Assembly (NCBI RefSeq): GCF_008000775.2
Contig: NZ_CP042905.2
Location: 4,110,001 to 4,142,000, forward strand
DNA: 32,000 nucleotides
Source: Promethearchaeum syntrophicum
GTDB taxonomy: Archaea; Asgardarchaeota; Lokiarchaeia; Sigyniarchaeales; Promethearchaeaceae
Direction: 5' to 3'
Part shown: positions 7,854 to 15,711 of the stretch, in pieces
Layout of the letters: each line of letters begins with the position of its first letter
Position numbering within the stretch: position 1 is the stretch's first letter
Notes under the pieces: model-generated
What the model saw: only the letters and a program-made list of their open reading frames with translations
Told to the model about the DNA's origin: nothing
Databases searched by the model: none
Made by a program: the position numbers and the translations under genes

Positions 7854-8555
7854 ATGGAAAACCAAAAAATAATTGATAGTATGGAATATACGTACAAACA
7901 GAAGAAAAACAAGATTAATTTCTATCAAAATAGAATAAATATTCCAGAAAATTTAATTATGCAGGTACATAAGACCAAAAGAAACTTCTTTTTAAAAAAT
8001 AAGATAATTCTTCTCGAATCCAATAGATATTTTATAAATTTTTCTGGAGAATATGAATTACAATTAAAGATTCGTAAAAACCTGTTAAAAGGAACTTATG
8101 AAGTCATCATAGCAATCGATTATGAGTTTTATTACACTAAGGTTGTCACATTTAAAAATTTGGAACACAGAAAATATGAGCAATTACTCCAATTGTTTAG
8201 AAAATCAAATATTTTTAACGAATTAATATTGAAAGATTTTGAAGATGGTGCAAATAAGTACGTAGAATCGATGTTTAATTCAAGTGTAGTTTTTTGGTCA
8301 TTTTTTTCATTATTTCCTTTGGTGGCGTTTAACTTAGTCTTATTTATTGAATTTAGAGAAACCTATGGCCCTCTGGTTACATTCTATTTGATTTTTACTG
8401 TATTAGATACAATATTTAATTTTATCATTGCAATTATAAAAATTGACAAAGAAGATACAATCAAACAAAGAAATCTCCTTTTTTCCTATAATTTCATAGG
8501 TTTCTTTTATATAGTTGTTAACATCATTATTATTACTTATTTGTTTACTAGATAA
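7854..8555 (+). CDS. Hypothetical protein: soluble N-domain (~150 aa) plus 3-4 C-terminal TM helices
   Basis: The ORF track starts at TTG 7836. ATG 7854 is preceded by GGTGA 4 nt upstream. Hydrophobic segments include VVFWSFFSLFPLVAFNLVLFI, LVTFYLIFTVLDTIFNFIIAII and FIGFFYIVVNIIIITYLF. No known motif. Confidence 0.5.
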   Translation: MENQKIIDSMEYTYKQKKNKINFYQNRINIPENLIMQVHKTKRNFFLKNKIILLESNRYFINFSGEYELQLKIRKNLLKGTYEVIIAIDYEFYYTKVVTFKNLEHRKYEQLLQLFRKSNIFNELILKDFEDGANKYVESMFNSSVVFWSFFSLFPLVAFNLVLFIEFRETYGPLVTFYLIFTVLDTIFNFIIAIIKIDKEDTIKQRNLLFSYNFIGFFYIVVNIIIITYLFTR

Positions 8556-8633
8556 AATTGGAGAAAAAGTGTGATCGAGGGAGAATTTAATTCAGAGCAT
8601 TCTTAAAGGTGAAAAAAAGTTAGAAATGTGGAC

Positions 8634-8852
8634 TTATAACACTTTTTTTACTTGAATCTGTTTATCTCCTTTTTTATCTTTCTCAACGAAGAAAAAAATA
8701 ATTCCGATGAAAAGGAGGACCACTGCAAAAAACAGAAAAAATTTGTAAACAGCAAGAGTAGGTAACGGGAGCCAATCAACTCGCTCGATCACCAGATCTG
8801 GAAAGAAGTTAAAGATTAATATACTGATAAGACAATAAATTCCTCCACCCAC
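8634..8852 (-). CDS. Possible small membrane protein (72 aa)
   Basis: Two hydrophobic helices, a GTG start, and no recognisable RBS or motif. Confidence 0.25.
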   Translation of the reverse strand: MGGGIYCLISILIFNFFPDLVIERVDWLPLPTLAVYKFFLFFAVVLLFIGIIFFFVEKDKKGDKQIQVKKVL

Positions 8853-9210
8853 GATATAGATTGCACCAGTAGAAAAATTTTTTTGAAGTTTTGAGAAAAA
8901 ACGCTGTTAAAATTTTCCCAATTCAATTATCTCCTTATGTAAATAACCATTATTGAGCTTAATAGCACAAAAAGGATATTTAAATATTGGCGAATCTATT
9001 GCGAGAATGTAGTTGTGGTTATGGAAAATGAAATGATATTTATTATATTTTTATTTAGAAGGAAATTTGAAAAGTAGAAAAAATGAAATGACATCTTCGG
9101 GAACAAAATAATCTAAAACATTTTTGATATATATTCAAAATGATATTATAAAACTAATATTTTATATTTTTCTTACGACTTTATAAATTTTGAATTGTTA
9201 TTTTAATTGA

Positions 9211-10161
9211 ATGGCTAATTTAGATCACTTTGATGCAAATCCATATCATTTTCTCCCAGATGAGGGAAAATGGGCAAAAATAAGCCGACTCCAAAGAGGT
9301 TATTCTCCGATAAGAAAATACTATCTCGAAAATCATAATAGAACAACCTTTTTACTCCAAGTGGCGATTTCATCCCAAATTCAACTTCTCTCAAGAGTTT
9401 TTAAGCATATCAAATATCTCTTTCTTCAGTCTGTTCCGGTTCCTGAACCAATTTCTTTAAAATATAGTGTTAATAGCCAATATTTATTTGGTTTATTTAA
9501 ATGGATACCAGGAAACGACGCTGAATATGGCATCTCTCAATACTCTCCAAAAATTCAATATAATTTAGGAATAAAAGCGGGAAAAATTTTATCCAAAATT
9601 CATACTCTCCCAAGTCTTGAAAAACATAATGCAGAATATGGCTCTGAAGTTAATAAAATTCAACAGAAAATCGAGGAATATTCAAAATGTGGTTCAAAAT
9701 TCCAGTATGATTTGAGTGTTAAAAATTTCCTCCTAAAAAACTTACAATTGGTAGAAAATCGTCCAGTTGTTATTCGACATGGTGATCATAATATCGCAAA
9801 TTTGATTATTACCCCTTCTCATGATATTGCTTTTATCGATTTTGGTCAATTATGCTATGGAGATCCGTGGGATGATTTTAATAGAATGGTTTATTCATGG
9901 CGAGTCAGCCCAGTTTTTGCTAATGGACAAGTTCATGGATATTTCAATGAAAACATTCCTGACACCTTTCTTCCAATAATGGCGATATATACTGCACGTG
10001 GGTTGCTCGGAGCATTACCATGGGCAAAGAATCATGGTGATGAAACCATAAAACGTGTTCGTTCTCTAATCCAACAAGTACTCAAAAGTTATAACTATTT
10101 TCAAAATGTCCAACCTGAATGGTATAAATCTCCAGCTGAAATTAAAGCCCAATTAGAGTAA
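9211..10161 (+). CDS. Phosphotransferase-family kinase (APH/choline-kinase-like fold)
   Basis: 316 aa. Catalytic-loop motif IRHGDHNIANLI (HGDxxxxN) and metal-binding segment FIDFGQLCYGDPWDDF. Confidence 0.75.
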   Translation: MANLDHFDANPYHFLPDEGKWAKISRLQRGYSPIRKYYLENHNRTTFLLQVAISSQIQLLSRVFKHIKYLFLQSVPVPEPISLKYSVNSQYLFGLFKWIPGNDAEYGISQYSPKIQYNLGIKAGKILSKIHTLPSLEKHNAEYGSEVNKIQQKIEEYSKCGSKFQYDLSVKNFLLKNLQLVENRPVVIRHGDHNIANLIITPSHDIAFIDFGQLCYGDPWDDFNRMVYSWRVSPVFANGQVHGYFNENIPDTFLPIMAIYTARGLLGALPWAKNHGDETIKRVRSLIQQVLKSYNYFQNVQPEWYKSPAEIKAQLE

Positions 10162-10190
10162 GGTAAAAAATTTTTTCTGTTAATTATAAT

Positions 10191-10210
10191 GGCGCCTCTC
10201 GAGGGGAATC
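10191..10210. repeat. 20-nt GC-rich direct repeat, copy A (ggcgcctctcgaggggaatc)
   Basis: 18/20 identical to 14188..14207, with an exact 15-mer core ctctcgaggggaatc. On the minus strand it reads GATTCCCCTCGAGAGGCGCCA, which resembles a tRNA T-loop/acceptor 3' end with CCA. It lies 142 nt downstream of the last gene of the TetR operon. Confidence 0.7.
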
Positions 10211-10217
10211 GGAGTGC

Positions 10218-10302
10218 ATGTAATGCAAGTGTATTACGCTTAAATATTGAGACAAAATCGTCAAATTATGAGTAATTATAATGTAATACACTTGTATCAC
10301 AT
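10218..10302. repeat. Imperfect 20-bp inverted repeat with a 45-nt spacer between convergent genes
   Basis: Arm atgtaatgcaagtgtattac (10218-10237) pairs with arm gtaatacacttgtatcacat (10283-10302). 18/20 positions are complementary. Confidence 0.6.
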
Positions 10303-10351
10303 TATTTTTAGAAAAATAAGAAATTCAAATTTTACTTAAGAAGAAAAAAAA

Positions 10352-10948
10352 TCATGATATTACTATAAAAAGTAAATTAATCATGAAAATAATCAAACCT
10401 AAAACGAACGGGATAGATCCTAAGACTATTACTCGTTTTGATGGAAAAACTTCAGTATTTTCTAATGCTAGCCATTTATTTTTGCCACCATCCTTGTTCG
10501 CAAGGTTCTTCGCCATATTCAGAAAATCCCGTTTACTCCGATATCGAATTATTGCTATTTGATCCCATGTAATTGATTTGTCATTATATATAAATTTCCC
10601 AATTATTTTACTCATAAAAATCGGAAAAGATCCACGTTTAAGCAGTTCTGGCATGACTTGCCGTGAATATTTTTTATGGGCTTTCATGGCTTCACTTTCA
10701 GGATTATTATCTCGGAATTTCATTAAATTTACCATTAAAAACTCTTTTCCATCATCTTGAGTGGTTATCTCTCGAAAAGCATTAAATAAATGATTTTCCC
10801 TTTCACTCGTAATATTACTTGTTCTTTTTATTTCTTCAATAATGTTTTCGGTCTCTGACGGGCTGAGTGGTTTTCTGAAACCCTTATACCATATTAGAAA
10901 AAGTATATAAAGAATACCTGAAATACTGATTAATATTATTTTATTCAT
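10352..10948 (-). CDS. Membrane-anchored protein with DUF1330-like (dimeric alpha/beta-barrel) central domain
   Basis: The internal ATG (MNKIILISISG...) removes the 53-nt overlap with the upstream gene. There are N- and C-terminal TM helices. The central segment LMVNLMKFRD...KKYSRQVMPELLKRGSFPIF...WDQIAIIRYRSKRDFLNMA follows the DUF1330 pattern as I remember it. Confidence 0.45.
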   Translation of the reverse strand: MNKIILISISGILYILFLIWYKGFRKPLSPSETENIIEEIKRTSNITSERENHLFNAFREITTQDDGKEFLMVNLMKFRDNNPESEAMKAHKKYSRQVMPELLKRGSFPIFMSKIIGKFIYNDKSITWDQIAIIRYRSKRDFLNMAKNLANKDGGKNKWLALENTEVFPSKRVIVLGSIPFVLGLIIFMINLLFIVIS

Positions 10949-10964
10949 ATCTAAATCACCTTTT

Positions 10965-11822
10965 TTACTCTTTTTTGCAAAATTTGACCAGAAGTTCACT
11001 TGTCTTCTCTGCTTCATCTTCTAACACCCAATGAGAAGCATTTTCAAAAAACTTCACCTGTGCATTTTGACACATTTTGGCAGATTCGGGTGCCATCTCC
11101 CACATTAAATGCGGATCTTTTTTCCCCCACACAATCATTGTTGGGTTTTCGATGATTGAATAATTTTTCTTCGGATTACGTTCTTTTAGCATGCATCGAT
11201 ACCAATTTAACATCGCTGTAAGTGATCCCGGTTGTTTCCATGCAATTTGATAACGATTTAGTATATCCTTTGAGAATGAATCTTTCATAGCAGATGATAG
11301 CATTTTCATATTTGTTAATCGGATCAATATCTCAGGTAACAAGGGAATGCGGAAAAAAAATGCATACCATGATTTTTTTCGCTGTGTTTTACTATTTTTT
11401 AGAAATTGTGCTAGAATTTGGGGATGGGGAACATTAAAAATGATTAATCGGTTAACGCGCGCAGAATATTTTTCCATCAAATTCCATGCGACCATTGCTC
11501 CAAAATCATGCCCCGCCAAATAGAATTTGTCAATATTTAGTGCATCAGCAAGGTAAATTACATCCTCTACAAGTAAATACATTTTGTAATTGGATTTTCC
11601 TTTCGGTTTATCACTTAGATTATATCCACGTTGATCTGGAGCGATTACAAAAAAATTACTGGCTGTCAATGCATGAATTTGTTGTTCCCAGCCAAAATGA
11701 GCATCTGGAAATCCATGTAGTAAAATAATTGGTTTTCCGAAGTGATTTCCCGCTAAAGCAACATGTAATCGAATCGAGCCTACCGAGATCATTTTGTATG
11801 AAATTTCAGCCGGTTTTTCCAT
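10965..11822 (-). CDS. Alpha/beta hydrolase, epoxide-hydrolase/haloacid-dehalogenase-like subfamily
   Basis: Oxyanion motif LLHGFPDAHFGW, nucleophile elbow AGHDFGAMVAW (Asp nucleophile type), and a C-terminal His in NASHWV. Start is ATG 11822, or GTG 11831, which overlaps the upstream stop as GTGA. Confidence 0.8.
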   Translation of the reverse strand: MEKPAEISYKMISVGSIRLHVALAGNHFGKPIILLHGFPDAHFGWEQQIHALTASNFFVIAPDQRGYNLSDKPKGKSNYKMYLLVEDVIYLADALNIDKFYLAGHDFGAMVAWNLMEKYSARVNRLIIFNVPHPQILAQFLKNSKTQRKKSWYAFFFRIPLLPEILIRLTNMKMLSSAMKDSFSKDILNRYQIAWKQPGSLTAMLNWYRCMLKERNPKKNYSIIENPTMIVWGKKDPHLMWEMAPESAKMCQNAQVKFFENASHWVLEDEAEKTSELLVKFCKKE

Positions 11823-11827
11823 ATTTA

Positions 11828-12736
11828 TCACTTAATCTTCCTTCTGTAATTATAAATTTTGATCCGTGTATAGATAAAAGCCACAATACAAATTGCAAAA
11901 TAGCCTATCATCATATATTGGCCTAATAGCTGGGATTCAGGCTCAATCCCCATGATTCGTAAATTAATTCCCCCCAGGAAATACATAATAGGTATTAGTA
12001 ATAATATAACCTCCGAGTTTTTCGGAACTTTACGAGCAATAGTTATGTGTAATAACCCTGTTGTGATATTAGATATACCGAAAGCCACCATTAGTATTAA
12101 TAAATCATCAATATGGGGATCTGTAAAATCATATCCTGCAATGTTCGCAGCTGCATATGATATATTTAATGTATGCGCATATGCCCGAACAAGGTCCACG
12201 CATCCAAGAATAATGAGTATGATCGGTGCAAGTTTCGGGAGATATTCATGCGATTGGTTACTTTCTTTATAGTCAACTAGGTTGGGATCATCGTTTTTCT
12301 TGTGTGTAATCATATACAGTTTACTGACGATAAATGCGAGAAGGCAAAGTCCTATATAAGCTAACATAATATACTTGCCGAGAAAATCACTTGTGTTTTC
12401 AATATTATTTATAGGAATAGAGATAAATCCGATTATATGAGAAATGACCAGATATAAAAGCGCAATGTCGGCATATTTTTTCGCTTTGAGGGCTACAATA
12501 ATAAATAGAATACCACTGATGATATTCGAAATTCCTAAAGTATTCATCTGAAATAATTGATCGGAGATATTTGTGGCTGAGTAGTCTAGGTGTGCAAATG
12601 TTGCAATGGCTTGTTCCATAAAAAATGTATGCATTAATCCTCGGACAATATCAATAATTCCAATAATTAGGAGGGTAATCCATGTAAATTTTGGTGGCAT
12701 GGGTTTATTTTTATGATTTTTGTTCAAATGAATCAT
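11828..12736 (-). CDS. Polytopic membrane protein made of two tandem homologous 4-TM halves
   Basis: 302 aa. The halves align, e.g. IIGIIDIVRGLMHTFF...LGISNIISGILFIIVALK against ILGCVDLVRAYAHTLN...FGISNITTGLLHITIARK. Both halves are homologous to ORF 12765..13268. Confidence 0.6.
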   Translation of the reverse strand: MIHLNKNHKNKPMPPKFTWITLLIIGIIDIVRGLMHTFFMEQAIATFAHLDYSATNISDQLFQMNTLGISNIISGILFIIVALKAKKYADIALLYLVISHIIGFISIPINNIENTSDFLGKYIMLAYIGLCLLAFIVSKLYMITHKKNDDPNLVDYKESNQSHEYLPKLAPIILIILGCVDLVRAYAHTLNISYAAANIAGYDFTDPHIDDLLILMVAFGISNITTGLLHITIARKVPKNSEVILLLIPIMYFLGGINLRIMGIEPESQLLGQYMMIGYFAICIVAFIYTRIKIYNYRRKIK

Positions 12737-12764
12737 CTCGTATGTAGAAGCTGTAAAAAAAAGG

Positions 12765-13268
12765 CTAAGATGTCTTTCTTTTAACTGGGAAGAAAGACCA
12801 TATTAACATTCCTAAGGCAAGCGGAACAAGAATTAAATTTACGAGCGCACCTGGTGGAGTACCAGTGAGGACATCGCCCATCGGTTTCATGATTCCGGTA
12901 ACGAATCGCATTACATATTCAATTATCATGAGGGTGAACATCATTGGTATTAGATTCTTGTATTTCATAAGTACAATAATATATATTAATCCGATCAAGA
13001 GTTGGGACAACCCCCAAAGAGAAAAAATATGATAGATAACATTATTGGGATCAGGAGATCCGCTAAAGACCACAATTGTCGCGATAGAATTTGCACCACC
13101 ATCAGGTGCAAATATATGGATGAGACTTCTAACAATTGTAAAGATGGTTAATACTCCAAAGATATATACAATTATCTTGTTGAACTTGACGTCATTATTT
13201 ACATTATCAGGCAATAACGTTTTTAATATTGATTTTGATTTTGGTGTAATTTGTTGTTTTTCTGACAT
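12765..13268 (-). CDS. 4-TM membrane protein, single-domain paralogue of 11828..12736
   Basis: 167 aa. IFTIVRSLIHIFAPDGGANSIA and LWGLSQLLIGLIYIIVLMK match the repeat unit of the neighbouring gene. Confidence 0.6.
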   Translation of the reverse strand: MSEKQQITPKSKSILKTLLPDNVNNDVKFNKIIVYIFGVLTIFTIVRSLIHIFAPDGGANSIATIVVFSGSPDPNNVIYHIFSLWGLSQLLIGLIYIIVLMKYKNLIPMMFTLMIIEYVMRFVTGIMKPMGDVLTGTPPGALVNLILVPLALGMLIWSFFPVKRKTS

Positions 13269-13279
13269 TTTTTTTTCAT

Positions 13280-13870
13280 TTAAGTTAGTTTTTTGATTCC
13301 TGTAAAAAATAAGGCAATTGAACTTCTTATGTCGGCTAAAATCAATTTGAGATCTGGCTCTTCTTTGTGAATTAGCTGATTAGATGTGATATTTCGCTTT
13401 AATCCTTCAAGTAAGTGAAAAAATGTTGTTACAATCTGTTTTGTATTTAAATTTCGAATTTCACCCTTAGATATACCTTCTTCAATAAGGTTGCTAAAGA
13501 ATTGGTATTCATATTCGCGTACCTCGACGATTCTATAAAGAATATTTTTTGATAATAATTTGAAATCTAAGGAAATTAACTGAGAAAATAACGAGTTCTT
13601 TAAAAAAAACTTTAGATGATATTCAAAAAATAAGTAAACTTGTTCTTGAACAGAAAGCGGTTGTGAGATCGTTGTGAATTGATCTTTATATCTTTGAAAA
13701 TTGAGTAAAAGAACTTCTATAAAGAGATCTTCCTTATTTTTAAAGTAATGGTAAAGAGAAGTTTTATCTAAGCCAACTGCTTCCCCAATATCCTTCAAAG
13801 TCGTTTTTTTGTATCCAAATCGCTCGAAAATTTCTTGTGCTGTGACAATGATCTCACTTTTTTCCATCAT
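13280..13870 (-). CDS. TetR/AcrR family transcriptional regulator
   Basis: 196 aa. Classic N-terminal HTH: AQEIFERFGYKKTTLKDIGEAVGLDKTSLYHYFKNKEDLF. First gene of a tightly packed five-gene minus-strand operon (gaps of 11, 28 and about 5 nt). Confidence 0.85.
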   Translation of the reverse strand: MMEKSEIIVTAQEIFERFGYKKTTLKDIGEAVGLDKTSLYHYFKNKEDLFIEVLLLNFQRYKDQFTTISQPLSVQEQVYLFFEYHLKFFLKNSLFSQLISLDFKLLSKNILYRIVEVREYEYQFFSNLIEEGISKGEIRNLNTKQIVTTFFHLLEGLKRNITSNQLIHKEEPDLKLILADIRSSIALFFTGIKKLT

Positions 13871-14163
13871 ATATAATGCAATAATCCAACAATCAATTTA
13901 ATAGTTTGATTTTTGGAATATAAGTTTTCAATATTATCTTACAAATTTCAAGAATTCGAAAAGATATTACTTAATTTAATTGATTTTGACAATTCCTCGT
14001 AAATTATCAGATTTTTTTGGATTCTGGATAAACAAAGTAAAATAATATATTCTGTTAAAAGAGATAATTGGAAATTCCAAACTTATGGTTTCAATAAAAA
14101 GATGTAACACAAATTTCCAGTTTAATTCAATAAATTTGCTTTGGAAGTGAAGAAAAATGAATT

Positions 14164-14254
14164 GTAACCCAAATGGGTTACAAATAGAGCGGCTCTCGAG
14201 GGGAATCAAACCTCCCATTTGTTGAAGATCTTCAAATCGGGGAGTGTGGACAGC
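14164..14254 (-). ncRNA. GC-rich structured element downstream of gatD-1, with a tRNA-like 3' portion but not a canonical tRNA
   Basis: The minus strand reads GCTGTCCACACTCCCCGATTTGAAGATCTTCAACAAATGGGAGGTTTGATTCCCCTCGAGAGCCGCTCTATTTGTAACCCATTTGGGTTAC. It contains a nested hairpin (CTCCC...GGGAG enclosing the palindrome TTGAAGATCTTCAA), a degenerate T-arm (GGAGG TTTGATT CCCCT), and a perfect 7-bp hairpin GTAACCC-ATTT-GGGTTAC followed by a T-run. It is a GC island in AT-rich DNA. My cloverleaf attempt failed: only ~64 nt, no D-arm, 5/7 acceptor pairs. Confidence 0.3.
14188..14207. repeat. 20-nt GC-rich direct repeat, copy B (agcggctctcgaggggaatc)
   Basis: Pairs with 10191..10210, in the same orientation and 3997 bp apart. 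It lies 79 nt downstream of the gatD-1 stop and 317 nt upstream of the TetR gene start. Confidence 0.7.
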
Positions 14255-14285
14255 TATTAAAAATATTGGTTTTTACAGATATCTT

Positions 14286-15710
14286 TTATCGAAATGCATC
14301 AAATCGGGGATTTGGATCCAATTTTCTCATCATTTCATCAATTCCTGGTTCTACTCCTTGAAATAATAAGTAGCCCTTATTAGGTTCTCGTGTAATCATT
14401 TCTCCTCGAAGATTGGTTTGCATTAATTTTCTTACTTCATTATAATCTCTTGTATGTCCTAATATCCAAATCATTTTTGCATAAGCTGCACAAGGAATCA
14501 TCGTACCACCTTCAATCACACCCCGTGCTAGCATATCTCTCCCAGTCTCATAAACACGTAAATTTGTACTTCCAAACAGAGGTTCAACAACCATTGCAAT
14601 GGGGATTTCTGCTTCTTTTGCTCGATCTAATGCTGGAAACATATAAGAACTCACGTGTCCTAACCCTGTACCAATCATAATTATTCCATGATAATCTTTA
14701 TCAATTGCAGATTCGAGAATATCGTTATCCATTCCTGGGTAGAAATAGAGAATAGCCACTCGCTCATCCATTTTAGCATCCAACCATGTATCTTCAATTT
14801 TGCCACGTTTTCGAATATCATTTTTCAAGAAATTAATGTTTTGGTTTGCATCTATAGTTCCTAAAGGAATATCACTAATTGTTCTGAAAGCATCACGTCG
14901 ACTGGAATGCATTTTACGAACACGTGTTCCTCGATGAATAAGATTGTATGCATCATTTGAATTTCCATGCATGCAAATAACAACTTCAGCCAGATCAGCA
15001 TAACCTGCAATTTTGCTAGCATTAATAATGTTTAAAGGACCATCACTTGAAGGTCTATCACTTGATCTTTGAGAGCCGACGAAAACTATAGGGGCGGCTA
15101 AATCTTGGAATGCAAATGAAAGAAAAGCTGATGTGAATGACATTGTGTCAGTTCCGTGACCAATTATTACTCCATCTGCTCCACTATCAAATTCTTTCAT
15201 CACTGCTTGGGCAGTTTTTACCCAGAATTCCGGTTTAAAATTCTCTGAGAGGATTCCATAAATTTTTTTGGGGGTTAATTGGCAGATATCCATTAATTCA
15301 GGGACTGCAGAGAATAATTCTTGAGGTGTGAATGCAGGTAAAACAGCTCCAGTTCGATAATCTAACCGAGAAGCTACTGTACCGCCAGTTCCCAAAAGAG
15401 TCACCTTTGGTAAATTCTTATTCATACGCACAGTTACATCAGGAAGTTTATATTCTCCTTTCTTAAACCCAATTTCTTCTATTGAACATTCTTCCGTTAG
15501 ATAAATCCCGATATTATAACCTGTATCAACCTTGATGACTAGATAATTCTCAGAAGTGTTTTCTGATCTGGGGAGAACTACACCTTCATAAATCGCGTTT
15601 CCTTTCTTAACACGGACCATACTCCAAACCCCAATATTCTCTCTTACTAGCCATTCACGTAATGCGCCTTTATAACCAGTTGGGTCTCTTAATTCAGCTT
15701 CATTTGTCAT
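14286..15710 (-). CDS. gatD: Glu-tRNA(Gln) amidotransferase subunit D (asparaginase-like), copy 1
   Basis: Motifs LLGTGGTVASRLDY, GHGTDTM, VGSQRSSDRPSSDG, HRGTRVRKMHSS. ATG 15710 lies 1 nt after the gatE-1 stop and is preceded by GGAGG. The ORF-track start at 15746 would overlap gatE-1. Confidence 0.9.
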   Translation of the reverse strand: MTNEAELRDPTGYKGALREWLVRENIGVWSMVRVKKGNAIYEGVVLPRSENTSENYLVIKVDTGYNIGIYLTEECSIEEIGFKKGEYKLPDVTVRMNKNLPKVTLLGTGGTVASRLDYRTGAVLPAFTPQELFSAVPELMDICQLTPKKIYGILSENFKPEFWVKTAQAVMKEFDSGADGVIIGHGTDTMSFTSAFLSFAFQDLAAPIVFVGSQRSSDRPSSDGPLNIINASKIAGYADLAEVVICMHGNSNDAYNLIHRGTRVRKMHSSRRDAFRTISDIPLGTIDANQNINFLKNDIRKRGKIEDTWLDAKMDERVAILYFYPGMDNDILESAIDKDYHGIIMIGTGLGHVSSYMFPALDRAKEAEIPIAMVVEPLFGSTNLRVYETGRDMLARGVIEGGTMIPCAAYAKMIWILGHTRDYNEVRKLMQTNLRGEMITREPNKGYLLFQGVEPGIDEMMRKLDPNPRFDAFR

Positions 15711-15711
15711 C

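Noticed and set aside
10191-10250. Attempt to call an intact tRNA at repeat copy A, where the minus strand ends in ...GAGAGGCGCCA
   Set aside because: No complementary 5' acceptor strand (GCCTCTC), D-arm or 7-nt anticodon loop lies within 130 nt upstream. Only the terminal ~20 nt is tRNA-like.
10578-13296. Track ORFs 10578..10760, 11486..11728, 11729..11926, 11952..12272 and 13045..13296 (+), antisense to the TetR operon
   Set aside because: All lie wholly inside better-supported minus-strand genes that have recognisable motifs or TM patterns. None has a motif or RBS of its own.
13976-14218. 80-aa minus-strand ORF
   Set aside because: It starts inside the GC-rich structured element and runs through AT-rich intergenic sequence. 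It has odd composition and no RBS. The region is better explained as RNA structure plus a promoter region.
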